Shown piece after piece: positions 27,907 through 41,101 of a stretch of 64,000 nt of DNA; positions within the stretch are counted from its first letter, which is position 1; the number at the start of each line of letters is the position of its first letter. Source of the DNA: Syncephalis fuscata S228 (Eukaryota; Fungi; Zoopagomycota). Below the pieces are notes generated by a model that worked only from the letters and a program-made list of their open reading frames with translations, was not told the origin of the DNA and searched no databases. Position numbers and translations under genes: made by a program. The stretch is taken from positions 1 through 64,000 of the forward strand of contig JAHLTZ010000042.1 of assembly GCA_025786725.1 (NCBI GenBank), in the 5' to 3' direction.

Positions 27907-28107
27907 AATAGTAATAGATTAAAAGTAATAATTCACTTAGCAGCGATGTTTAATACACTTTATTCAACCACTTGTGAAGTTTTGCTATCACGTGACTATG
28001 ATTACTCATGATTCACTTAATAGCCGAGACATTGTGGCACCCTGTTGCCAATAGCACTTCTTTCTTTTTTTAATTCTGTTAAATATACTACTGTTATAAC
28101 CTTAAGA

Positions 28108-28398
28108 ATGGCAGATAAAGATATTGAAGCTTGGAAGAAAATTTTGGTTGGTAAAACTCTTTTACGCGAAGGAGAGGTCATGGCAGAGGATATGGACAAG
28201 TCGATGGTAAGCTTAGTAACTGAATGGTTTTGTCTTAATAACGGCTATAATACAATCATATAGGTGGTGTTCGAGAGTGCTTTACCTAAAAAACATCGTA
28301 TTTTGGGACCATCAACCATGTACACAGCCGACTATGTTGAAGATCGCCTTAATGTGCGTGTAGATCCAAATGTAATCACTGGTGTGTTTTTTGGTTAA
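28108..28398 (+). CDS. Small peptidase inhibitor I78-like protein, 2 exons
   Basis: WKKILVGK...LPKKHRILGPSTMYTADYVEDRLNVRVD...ITGVFFG-stop; intron 28207-28263. Confidence 0.75.
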
Positions 28399-29259
28399 CG
28401 TCATTGCGCAATAATCGCCAATAATGCTGAAAGGACGCTCAGTGTATTTGTACAGCAGCTACACAATAAATTGATATCGTTTTAGTTACATAATATTTAC
28501 TCAGTTCTATAGTTATTTACTACTAATATTACTGATGATATTAACGCTGTCCAATAAGAGCAATTAAATTAGCATTGTAAATGGCCTCATTTGAATATCA
28601 TTTTATTACCTATTAAAGTAACATTGGTATTTATATCTGCATCTATATTTATTTTTTTTAAGATTAAATAGCAAGCTATGGCCTTTATTAGGCTCTAGCT
28701 TACTAATATTAATTAGCTAGTTAAAGCTGTATATCCCAAACATTACATAAGGCTTTTTATTTTACCGGCATTATAAGCCCGGTTATCAGCTGCTCCGACA
28801 ATTTCTCGGGATTTTCATTAACCCATAAAATGATATTGCAAGCTTACTAGCTTAGCATTGCCAAGAAATTGTGTATCCGATTGAAGTATGCCAATCAAAT
28901 AAAACTTGCCACTTTAAGGCATTATACATTTCTTACAAAGGAAACTGCAAGTAACTACGTTTATTATGTTGAATTGCTAAAATAAGCTATACAATTACCA
29001 AAAGCATCATAATTAAATGACGTTGTCTTTTTGGATTGCTGTGTTTGCAAGCTATGCATTTTTACTCACACGGCCAGGCATTGATTTCGTATAAATAAAA
29101 CTATAACTTTGAAATAATGTAATACTCATTAACCATCACTCCCAACTTATACATTCTCAATTTGACAGTGGCCGGCCCACCTCATACACACACACTCACG
29201 CTATTGTTAGAATTTTGTTCAGTAGACTGATAACAAGTAACTCGTTTATTACCATCAAC

Positions 29260-29992
29260 ATGACACGTTTTCCATTTTTAGTGGCCCAGCTGCCCTCATT
29301 CTCTTCGCATGTATTTCTGGTGTACTTGGCCATGGTTACATGAGTGAACCTGTACCACGTGGTATTGAAAAGGTCAATACCAACATTGATTCACTCAAAA
29401 GTCCAAATTCGAAAGGTATGTGTCGTGGTATCAAGACACCTGGTAAAATTACCGATATTAGTGGTAGTATCGATATGGTGTTTACAATTACTGCAGCGCA
29501 TACTGGTATGTGTGAAGCATATCTACTTGATTGAATCTTGGTAATGCAGTCAAGCTTGGCACAAAGGACGGATGTGCTGCTCCAGACGAAGACCATTCAT
29601 GGTCGGTTAAGATACCTTCTGGTGTTAGTGGTCGTAAGGTACTTCGTTGGACATGGAACGCCAATCATAATCCTCAAGCCATTGAGCACTACGAACAGTG
29701 CGCCGATATTAACATCACTGGTGGCAGTGGTAGTAGTTCAAAAAGCACAAATAAGAAAAGCACGGATACATCAAGCACGGATACATCAAGCACGGATACA
29801 TCAAGCGGGAAAAATAAGAGGAAGAGGAAAAACAAGGGTACAGATTCCAATAACACGGATACCAGTTCAGAAACAACTGATGAAGACCAGACTACAAAGA
29901 AATCTAACAAGAGGTCCAAGAAGAAATCTAAAAAGTCTAAGAAGGATCAAGATGATGAAAGCAATAATGAAGATGAAAATGAAGACAACTAG
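29260..29992 (+). CDS. Secreted AA16-like protein copy 5, Ser/Thr/Lys-rich tail without CBM (frameshifts near 29285 and 29531)
   Basis: VLG|HGYMSEPVPRG, TITAAHTGMC, VLRWTWNANH, EHYEQCADINI; STDTS x3 repeat and Lys-rich then acidic tail. Confidence 0.7.
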
Positions 29993-30475
29993 TAAAGACA
30001 GCCTAGCCATAACTTTTGAATACAAACAATACCATAGGCAAATGTCAAAAAAGCGTATTTGACTATTGCTTTATTTGGTATGCCTATGATGTCTATTCAA
30101 AGATTAGAAAGTTATTAAGTTGCTTTTATAATAATTGACTTGTTATTAGTAACTGAAACGAAATTAATAAATAGCGAAAAGTCGCAATTTAACACACAAA
30201 GTTTTTTCGATCTAATTAATTTTACATCACTGGCATTGTTCATTTTAACTTTATGTTTTTGAAATAACAATTAATTAAAAAGTGTATTTTTAACTGGAAA
30301 TTAAAGTATTGATATAAACCAATTTATTTGATTACCATTCCATTTCAATAACAGTATACTGATCAGTAAGTATCGATCAGACTTATACGGCCTATCTATT
30401 CTAATAACCTTTATTGTTTATTCTCATTCATCTCAATTAATATTCTATCTGTTTTTTCTACTATATAATGATTTT

Positions 30476-30929
30476 TTATTTATATTGTTATTACTGACTA
30501 TTGCACGCATTTGGTTCATTTAACGCACAATTTATTAATTGTTTAAACTAGATGGCATGTGTTAAACAATAGTATGAATAATAAAAGGTTTATTTATATT
30601 GTTATTACTGACTATTGCACGCACTTGGTTCATTTAACGCACAATTTATTAATTGTTTAAACTGGATGGCATGTGTTAAACAATAGTATGAATAATAAAA
30701 GGTTTATTTATATTGTTATTACTGACTATTGCACGCACTTGGTTCATTTAACGCACAATTTATTGCTTGTTTAAACTGGATGGCATGTGTTAAACAATAG
30801 TATGAGTAATAAAAGGTTTATTTATATTGTTATTACTGACTATTGCACGCACTTGGTTCATTTAACGCACAATTTATTAATTGTTTAAACTGGATGGCAT
30901 GTGTTAAACAATAGTATGAATAATAAAAG
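30476..30929. repeat. Tandem repeat, 114-bp unit x4
   Basis: gttattactgactattgcacgca starts at 30487, 30601, 30715 and 30829; units nearly identical, no spacers. Confidence 0.95.
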
Positions 30930-31296
30930 ATATTATTTAATTGTCAAAAATCAAAGCTATTATTATTATTCAATTAAAAGTCAATAAATTGCATTTATAG
31001 CATTTTTTAAAAATTATTTAATTATTAAGATTAATTAATGTTATGGTGGATTTACCGAATATACATTATAATTATTTTTATAATTAATTGCGTGCTTGTT
31101 GTTTGCAAGTTCCACGTCTTAAATATTATAAAAACAATTATTAATATTACAATTTTAAGTACAAAAGTTATAAAGTAGCTTTAAACTAGCAACATTTACA
31201 AGCACGGTACTACTTGCATAAATACACGTGTTTCTCGGAGTGATTTATCCAGACATTAAACTCAACTCACATCTTTCCACTTTAATACACTTCACC

Positions 31297-34046
31297 ATGT
31301 CGTCTACTCAGATTGCTGAACAACAGCCACAGCCATTCCCTGTCGATGCAGATCTCAGCTGCGAAGACAACATTGACCAATACTGTATATACTTACGGAA
31401 GATATTGTCAGATGCCACTCTAGACCGTACTGTGGATAACGGTGTACTTGTTACTATTGCAGACCAAGGCGCCTTATGGGGCCGAAAGAGTGAGCCTACA
31501 AAGTACTTGACGCGCATTCAACAGACTTACTTTGACTGCTCCACCTTTAGACGCCAATCGTGAAAAGATTGGTTCCTCGGAATTCTTAAAGCTGATTTGC
31601 GAAATTGTTGCACTGGATTCTAATCTCATTGACGAGACTGCATATGTCCAATGCCTACGCGCCATTGCCAACGGATGCGCCAACAGCGGTAAGTATATAA
31701 ATGGCAATATACTAACATGGCTTAATCATGGACCGACTATTGTATAGGCGTCAATCGTGATATTGTTCTTGAAAGCGATTGTGTCTCTGTTATTATTTCC
31801 TCGATATGTGGACCATCCGAAACATACTCGATTATTGTAGTAAAATGCGTGCTTGCCACTCTAACCAACCTTGCCAATGACCATCGTAAGTAATTGGCGC
31901 GATATAGAGTTGCAAAAGCTAACATATCATTAGAACCGGCTAAACACAAGCTAATAGAGCTTAATGCCATGTCTCTAGTTAGACGGTGGCTAGATTTAAG
32001 CACTCTTGATTTGGAACACGACGGTGAAGTTGCTACTGTATATGCAACACGACTTGCATATAGTCTTTTGGAAGAAAGTAAGTAATCAATTACCGCTATT
32101 ACAACAGATCATTAATACATCCGGCTAGGTGGATCCATCGAGAAGTTTCTAGCTGCAGATGCTCTTACCGGACTTATTCCCGTTGTATGCCGTGTCTTAT
32201 CAATGGAAGATCCTAGTGAATCTTCCGTAACAAGTATAGCCATGGAAGTGTTACAAGTACTGACGGCTCTAATGGTATTAAATATATTTTTAGTTTTATA
32301 TTTGCGATAATAACTACTGAATTATAGATAAGGCTCGAGAAGCAGTTGGCAAATCACCTATACTTTTCTTATTACTAGATGCAATTGATAAAATCAATCC
32401 AGAATCAAAAGAACAAGATGGCGATGACAACAACAACAATGACGACGATGATGAAGAGGATTACCGTAAATTGGCATCTAGTATATTAATACAAACACTA
32501 TACTGTGGTAATTATTAATTATTAAATATACTATATATATGTATATATATCGATATTAACTCTATAGTTATCTAGACGCTCTTAATGATTACTGCTTCAA
32601 AAACAAAGAATTCATCGGACGACTTGTGAATTGGATTAAAACAGGCAATGACGAACAAGTATCTATTGCTGCTTTGGCTCTAGGAAACCTGGCGTCTAAT
32701 GGTTAGTTACTTAATGATTGTGTCTATTACAATGTTAATTGGTTAACATTTATACCTTGTATATTAGATGCAAATGCACTTGCCTTGATTGATGACTGGA
32801 AAGTACTACCTTATCTAGTTAATTGGCTTAAGAAATCCGATGTACGAAAGACACAGTATGCTATTATAGGACTACTCAAGAATCTTGCTATATTAGGTAT
32901 GTGCTAATAGATGTACTCATCATCATTGATATAATACTAAGTCACTAGTAATTTAGACAGCGGTCCACACGAACAGTGTAAAGCCGGTGTCATTGGTGTG
33001 TTGCCTCCTTTAATCAACAGTCCATCACGATCCATCCATTCAAAAACGGTGGTTCTTCTTAAAGCACTAACCAAACCGAGCAAGTCTGCTCGTAAGTGAT
33101 CCTACTAGCATTATCTAATAGTATTAACCTTATCAAATAATTATAGACTATACGAATATTAAATGTGCTGTGGCTGTTTGTAAAACTGGTTCATCCACTG
33201 AAGATTCAATCGTCGGACGAGTACTTCGTTTACTTGAAGTAACCACCGATGATGCTGCCAAGAATGAAGCATTCCGATTCATAGGACATCTTGTTCGTCA
33301 TGGCTGGGCAAAAGAGGGCGAAGATGCATGTAAGTAGCTATGATTATATTGACTATGATTATAGCTATGATTATTAAACCTAACCAATTTAATTAGCAAT
33401 GAAGAGGGTTCGTGATAGTCTAGCATTACATCCATTCTTACCACCTCTGGTAAAATATATGATTACAACTCGATTCCCAATGCTATTTAATGAAAGTTTA
33501 GTAGCCATTACACTTATCACTACACACAAGGAATCATGTAAGTGAAGATATACACTAATTGGTACTTATTAATGATTCTATGATTATAATAGTTGAAATG
33601 GTAAGAAAGGTCATTTTAAAGCCTTTTGCCATAGAAGCAGAAGCAGAAGCAGATCAATCATCAGCAACAACAGAAGTGGCAGAATCATCAAAAAAGAATT
33701 CAGTGCCAACTATTACGACACTATTAGAGAAATTACTTAAAGTGTTAGGAGACAACGATAAGAAAACACCAGCTGAATATCGGTCAAATGTTCTAATGTT
33801 TTTAGAAGCATTTATATATGCTGGCAAGGAAGATAATCCTGGTAATTGGCACAACTGTAAATAATAAGCTTTACTAATCGATCTATTATACTAGGAAACG
33901 CAACAGTAATTGAAGCAGCCAAAGAGATTAAGAAGGTAGTATTGCTACTTAAAGACTCTCCATTGGTTGACAAGCAATTACTACCACGAATTGATGGATT
34001 CCACACGTACATAGAGAATTATTTGAACGAAAATGCACCTAATTAA
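31297..34046 (+). CDS. Armadillo-repeat protein, SmgGDS/RAP1GDS1 (Bem4/Arz1)-like
   Basis: About 12 exons; VQCLRAIANGCAN, LATLTNLAND, IAALALGNLASN, QYAIIGLLKNLAI, AKNEAFRFIGHLV. Confidence 0.7.
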
Positions 34047-34188
34047 ACGATTCAATAAAGATAATGACTAGATCATTAATTGAGCAATTTAAACCATCTT
34101 TATAAAACCAATGACTATTAATGTATCATTGTCCTCCTTAAGCCTAATACAAGATTAAGCAAGTACAGTAACAAGAGACATAATGAAT

Positions 34189-34587
34189 TTAAAGTGGCTT
34201 AGAGGGCAGCTGTGTCAATAGAATATTGTGGCGTTTCTTGAGGGTAACACGTTGACGCGAGTACTTGTCATCCGGGGAAAAGCGAGCTATAGTATATACA
34301 TACAATATACACACACATAGTTAGTACTATGAATACATTCAACCGTCTATCTATTGTTACATACCAGGATGAGCTGATTTGGTCACTGCACCAGCTGGAG
34401 AGGATTTCTATAGCGATTCATGGTAGTTATTTATAAGCAAATAGATTTGTAATAAACAGATTAGTATTGAGTGTAAAGCTGGATCTTTAAAGCGTATAAC
34501 TAGAAATGCTATCAGTATAGATGTAGTACTTACCTTAAGCGTATAGATACGCTTACCGTCAGCAGATTCGTAGTACATAAGATGCAT
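34189..34587 (-). CDS. NOP10: H/ACA snoRNP subunit Nop10, 3 exons
   Basis: [18 protein letters not shown]|[14 protein letters not shown]|[32 protein letters not shown]-stop; absent from the ORF track. Confidence 0.97.
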
Positions 34588-34728
34588 GTTGGCAACAGTG
34601 ATGTATCAAATAACCAGTAAAAAAGACTTGGAAGAAAGACTGAGGAAGAAAGCACGTCGGTGTAAAAAAGAAAAGTAAAAAAAAATAAAAAAATTCTTCC
34701 TTATTTCTTTAAATCTACATTTACTACC

Positions 34729-37144
34729 ATGTCAGCTGGTAAGAGCACTATAGCTTGAATCTTTCAGTTATTGACAGAGTATACAATAAATATGACTATT
34801 ATAGCGCGTAGAAAGCAAAAGAAGAGTTTGGGAGAGCAGTTGGCTAATTTGCTTGACCCAACACCTCAAGGTAAATATTACTAATAAACTGTCTAGTATA
34901 TAGTACATCGAACTAATTACGCTGCATATTATTATAATACTATAATTTGATAGATGTGGATCCAGAAGAGTTTGGAGAGACATTTCGTAACCGTACATTA
35001 ACAAATGTGGATAATGGATTGGCTCTATCAGATGACAATGATGATTATGATGAAGTGGAAGCCCGTGCTCATTATGTAGATGTTGGGTAAGTTATAATAG
35101 CATACTACAATATATAGATATAGATATACATATACATATACATATTAATCTATGTACAGGCGGAGTAATATGCGTAAAAACACCGAGTTTCTAATTGATG
35201 ATCCAAAATATGAGGGCAAATCGAAAAGTCGTGCCAATTTGTATGAATCAGATGATGATGTACTTCTTACTTCATCATCATTGGGAAGTGATGCATTTGT
35301 TACAGCTGAAGAGAATGAAGATGATAGTGAAGAAGAGGATGATAGTGAAGAAGTAAATGAAGATGAGGATGAGGAAGAAGGAGAAGGAGAAGGAGAAGGA
35401 GATGAAGATGAAGATGAAGTAGATGAAGATGAAAACATGGTAAGTAATAGCTTAATAAATTATAATATTTGTTATTCATAATAGACAGAATGAAACTATA
35501 AAAAATATGGATAATACGATTAAATTGATGGAAGTAGAAGAAAGGTAAGTAGTACACAATCCATGTTTAAATACAACATATTAATATGATAATATTAATA
35601 GGAAATTACAAAGTACCATATCTCAAGGGGCTAAATCTGATATCAGTAAAGGTATTGATGTTCGTCATCAAATGGTACGTATATAATATATAATATATAT
35701 TATTGTTATGGTAAATACTAACTGGTTATAGATGTTATGGGATAGTTTATTGGATACGCGTATTCGACTACAGAAATCAATAGTATTGGCCAATCAACTT
35801 CCTCAGGTATATATTGAGCTGTTAACCTATTATATACTAATATGGATATCTGTCTTAAATAGTCAGATGTATTTGATACGTTTGTTAAGAATATAGATCA
35901 ATCTACTACATTGGAGAAGACACAGCGACAGATAAATGGCTTGTTGGACGATTTAGTTGATCTACGTTTGGTAATTAAAATATAGATATAAAGATATACG
36001 CTTATATTATTGCATTTAGTGTATGATTGAGCAAAATACGACAATGGATATATCAGTGGATAGATTACGCCAAAAGAAACGACCTCATCGTGATGTGGAA
36101 GAAGAACCGCAAGCAGCTGTTGATACGGCAGCATCAGATATGCTAGAGAATATATGGACGGATATAAAGCGGTTGGAAACAAGGTACTGTAATTATTATT
36201 TGAATGTATATCATTTGTAACTATTTATTAGTTTCAAGCCATTTATGAATGATACACTTGAAAAGTGGAGTAATAAAGTGCAAATTGCTGCTGGTGTTCC
36301 ACTTAACAAAAAATTCAAGGCTATTAATCAGGTTGGTTGATATGCTTGTTGAGTTTAGTGCGTTAGTTGCTGATCGGTCAGTATAGGGCATTCGTGAACA
36401 AATCAACCAAGTACTTGCTGACAAAGAACGACTGGTAAAGCGAACTCAGCTTAAGCGTAATGATTATCAAATATTGGGCAAGGTAAGCGTATTGTAAATG
36501 AATGGTATATTATACTAACGATAGCAAACATATTAGATGGCCACACAAAGTGTCGATGAAGATAACAGTGCTAAATCATTGGACGACACAAATACTAACG
36601 ACCCCTTAAGAATTATGATAATGAAATATTTGATGATACGGACTTTTATCAGCAATTATTACGTGAATTGATTGAAAGCCGTATGGTGGATACAGGTAAG
36701 CGCATCAACAAATATAGATACAATGGCTGACATGGGGTTGTTTATTATTAGATGATCCGTTGGCTCTTGGTGTAAGATGGGCCGCGTTGAAACACCAAAC
36801 GAAGCAAAACAAAAAGAAGGTTGACACAAAGGCTAGCAAGGGACGAAAGTTAAGGTAAATAGCAGTGATGGGATTTATTTAATTATTTTCTTATTTTTTA
36901 TCTAATGACTATTTGATCTAGATATCACGTGCATGACAAGTTACAGAATTTTATGGTTCCTATTCCAGCTGGAACATGGCACCAAGAAATGACGGACGAA
37001 TTGTACACGTCGCTCTTGGGTCGTCGTTCTATCGAGTCGAATGAAGTGGCAGCGGCGACGACGACGACGAAGACGGCAATAGACTCCTCTACGGCGGAGC
37101 AAACAATTGCGGCGGATTTCGGTGGTCTCCGTTTATTTGGCTAA
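34729..37144 (+). CDS. BFR2: Bfr2/AATF ribosome biogenesis protein
   Basis: [75 protein letters not shown], ending GLRLFG. Confidence 0.93.
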
Positions 37145-38115
37145 ATGAACGAATTTGATCAATACACCAATGTCGTTTATCCTTTAAATAGACGAAAAAA
37201 TTAAATGATGCCAAGACATACTAATTAAATAAATACATTCATTTGCGTAAATCTTGTTTATTAGTGCTAGTATAATATAACGTAAATGGCATTGTTCTAA
37301 AACCAAGTAACAAAACTTTTGTATATCTAATGTTTTCACGTTTACTGGTTGGCTTTTGTCCATTTTATTGACTGTTCTTGTTTCAATGCGTTTTGAAAAT
37401 TTACAATAAAAAGCACTATTGTTGCACTACTATACTGGCTTATGATCGAATTATCGCATTGGTATTAATAAACCCACAAAACATAATCTAAGAACAAAAG
37501 ACTTGACCTTACAAATTACTGCCACATCTCAGTTTAGCTAGAGAAACAACATAAAGAAAGCATTGAGTACGCAATCTCCCTTAGTTAAACATCTAATGAT
37601 AATTATAGTAGAACATAGTACTATTAATAAATCAAAATATACGTTACATATTGTTTAAAAGTGTGTTCAAGTTGTACAATCTATATTTTATGTTAATACT
37701 ATTTATAAACGATTTTAAAAATGTACCATTATGTGCTGGTGATTTAACATTATTTTGAAACAATAAGATTTTAAGAATATTTATTGCATGGATTATTGCA
37801 TCAAGATCATTTATTGTTACAGCTTTACAATCAAGTTATAGTCTTAGTACCCTTGAATTATTGCTACCTTTTAATTCAAGTAGAATGCAAAGCGCGATTT
37901 AAGAAAATCTGCTTGTTATGCTTGCAATAATTTAGTATAAAGTCTCTACGACCACAACTGCTAGCTACCATATCTTCATCTACTACATCGTCTATTTCCA
38001 ACAACAATAATCTTTTTTATAGTATATTGCCGGACAGTATATTTACCATTAGTTATTTTTTTGAAGAATTTACATATTGAAGTACTGCTTTAATTTCCAG
38101 TATATATTATTCGAT

Positions 38116-38981
38116 ATGACCCAATTTAGTCGTTTTTACCTATGACGTTAGGCGCTGTAGCAATCATTGCGCTTTCCACCATTTCTAGTGTATACGCGCA
38201 TGGCTATCTTTCCAAACCAAGTCCTCGCGGAATTGAGAAACTCGCTACACAAATTGACGCACTTCGAAATCCAAACAACAATGGAATCTGTCGTGGTGAG
38301 CCGGCAGGCCAAGTTCATTCTATTGGCCATTCAGTGATACTTGAGTTTGAAATTAGTGTTAGACATGTTGGTGCATGCGAAGTCTATATTCTTGATGAAA
38401 ACCTTGACAATGCTCGTAGAGTTGATTCCAGAGATAAATGCTTTGCTGAGGAAGAAGCCCAATCATGGTCGATTACCATCCCATCGGATATTACAGGTCG
38501 TCATGTCATTCGATGGGTATGGAATGCTGCTCATCTAGTCACTGAAGTTGAACAATATGAACAATGTGTTGATGTAAACATTTCCAGCGACAATAGTCCC
38601 GATGAAGATGATAATGGCACTGACAATAATGCTTTTGATAATAGCATTTCCAATAACAATGCCATTATGAAATCTGATGTCGACCTTACTCCCGAAGAAG
38701 AAAAACTATTTCAGCCAATGCGTACTTTTCCTATCGGTAGACCCATAGGAACCTCGGTTATCGACACTGCCCCAGGTGTCCCGCATACCTTTGGTGAATG
38801 TAAAATTGGCGAACTAAGATGCTATGGCGATAGTTTTGGTCAATGCGTCAATGGAGCATTCTCATGGTCCAAGTGCCCCGTTGAGACTACTTGCCGAGGT
38901 AATGGAAATACACTTTACTGCGACAGAAGATCAGATTTTGATAACGGAGCAAAGAACAAAATACCTTTTATAAAAGGATAA
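38116..38981 (+). CDS. Secreted AA16-like protein copy 6 with acidic linker and CBM19-like module
   Basis: VYA|HGYLSKPSPRG, ISVRHVGAC, VIRWVWNAAH, EQYEQCVDVNI; CKIGELRCYGDSFGQCVNGAFSWSKCPVETTC. Start at 38116 (needs a 1-bp gap) or 38142. Confidence 0.8.
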
Positions 38982-39649
38982 CATTGCGCGTAACATACTC
39001 TGATACAATGATTGCCGTTTTTCTAGTAGTATATATGTTGCACACCATCTATGTACGCCAATAAAATCGATTTTTAAAAAGGAAGTTTCAAAATAGGCTG
39101 TTTTAAATTATTAAACTATTAATTAAATCATTTTCGTTTATATCACATCATATCTTCTTGTAATGGCATTCACCGCAAAGCTAAATATTCTTTAATAATA
39201 CGTTCTCTTTTCTTGATAGCTGTTTCATTAGTAGTTTGTATTTGTTTTTCAATAAAACGTTTAGCTTAACATAACTACTGTTCCAATATTATTAGTACTG
39301 TTTCGCATATATTTTTGTATTGTGTTTTCTTTTGAGTTGCATTTGTCACAAGTATATTGCTGAAAGTCTTTTAACAAATAAAACACAATTGGCATATTGT
39401 TACTATTCTGTAATTAACTAAACTACGTAAATAAACAAAGTTTAAATTAAAACTATTGCATTTATTGTGATTAACTTTTCCATCAGTAATTTTTTTGCTT
39501 TGTATATTATTCAACAATATTATAAATACACAATACTGTTACTCAAATAATAATAAATATAACTTTTATAATCCAATTCATTTCGGTTATTATTAAAATT
39601 TATACAATTACAACTTTTGTTATAAATACGCTAATTTGAGCTATTGTTA

Positions 39650-40260
39650 CAGGTTAAAGGCATTTGATACTGATGCTATTCTTTATTAATTGATATTAAA
39701 ACATTTGACTAAGCTATGAATTCTATTCCTTTTTCTCCATTGGTTACTTGGTCAATGTTACATCATTATATTACTAATGTTGTAATGTCATTCTTTTTAT
39801 TGAATCAAAAACAGTCCAAATTCTGTAATAAAATATAAAAGCATTTTTAAGCTATTACAGTGTTAGTGTGTATTAAATAATCAAATATGCACTTAATACT
39901 TTTATTTGTACATCTCTTGGCTTTACATTTGGAAATGTAGCAACATCATTTGTAATAGATTTAGTAATAAATTTAATAGTATTATTACCAGAATTATATG
40001 AACAGTTATCAAAATGTATAATATTGTACTGGGTAATCTTTACTAGGTCAGTTTTCTGCTTTTTAGCAACCAAGACAAACTGAAATTTGTTGCTGGAACG
40101 GTCTTCGTAAGGACAAACAAGCTGTAATCTTGTTGAATCGCTACTTTTTCTCTTAAAATTGCAAACGTTGACAAGTTTAAGCTTGTTAACAGCGGCCCTC
40201 AGTTTTTCAATACTGTTAAATATAGTTTTTCTAAATAGTTTGGTAGACATTGCATGTAAT
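39650..40260 (-). mobile_element. Degraded Mutator-like (MULE) transposase remnant
   Basis: FNSIEKLRAAV...FKRKSSDSTRLQLVC...ITQYNIIH..C...PNVKPRDVQ resembles a MuDR N-terminal DNA-binding region; downstream VTNGEKGIE recalls the SDREKGL motif; stops and AT enrichment. Confidence 0.6.
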
Positions 40261-40588
40261 TGAAAAATACGTTTAGACTATTGCAGTTACTTGTGGCATA
40301 CAATAAAATAACGAAATATATGAATAAAAATATCGAAAATGAACTGTCTTTATTAATGATTTAATAATTTAAAACAATGTATTTTTTAAAATTTCTTTTG
40401 GTTTAACGTGTCAGTATTGTTGAATTCATAACTTCTATTATTAGTATTGTTTTCATTATATGTTTTATAATGCGCTATTACAATTATTACATTTTTTATT
40501 TCAATATCGCACACGGCTTTAAGTGATGTTTGACTATTTATTTAAAATAAACATGTTAAAAGTCATTTATGGTTTATCTATAAAATAA

Positions 40589-41101
40589 TTACGATAGTTT
40601 CTCAACTCTAACATACTGTGCTTGATTTTTATGGTCGCATTCTTTTACCCCATAGTTTTCGCTGTCTTGTTCCAAGCACACTCCATTCTTCTTGTATTTT
40701 TCATCGAAATCTAGTGGAATAAGCTTAATAAATCCCTTATATCTTTCATCTGTAGGCTCGTAGAAATTCCATGCTTGCTGTACACTCTTTACATTGCATT
40801 CGACCATAGATAAACTATTACTATTTTTATCATAGCTAAGACACTTGTTTGTCAAATTATATTTAAGTTGATAGTATCCAGCGATTTTAAAAACTGAGGT
40901 TCTTGTCCATTTAGTTTTAGCTTTAGTAGATCCACTATTTGAATATATAAATGGTACTTCTATACCCGATTTGTCTTTTACACCAACATAGGCATTTCTA
41001 AACGTCGACGGTCCAGGTACAATCTTGATTTCTTCGCCAAGTGAAGCTGGGATGGCAGTGACCAGCAGGGCAGCAGCGACAAGAGTTGGTAAGAGTTGCA
41101 T
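40589..41101 (-). CDS. Secreted ricin-B/beta-trefoil lectin-like protein A
   Basis: Signal peptide; TNKCLS...MVECN...QQAWNF, VCLE...VKECDHKNQAQY (CL..C..QxW pattern); intronless. Confidence 0.75.
   Translation of the reverse strand: MQLLPTLVAAALLVTAIPASLGEEIKIVPGPSTFRNAYVGVKDKSGIEVPFIYSNSGSTKAKTKWTRTSVFKIAGYYQLKYNLTNKCLSYDKNSNSLSMVECNVKSVQQAWNFYEPTDERYKGFIKLIPLDFDEKYKKNGVCLEQDSENYGVKECDHKNQAQYVRVEKLS

Noticed and set aside
30476-30929. CRISPR-like array
   Set aside because: Units are contiguous with no unique spacers, there are no cas genes, and the context is eukaryotic.
31489-31549. Apparent frameshift in the ARM-repeat gene
   Set aside because: Explained by a GT-AG intron (gtgagc...ctttag).
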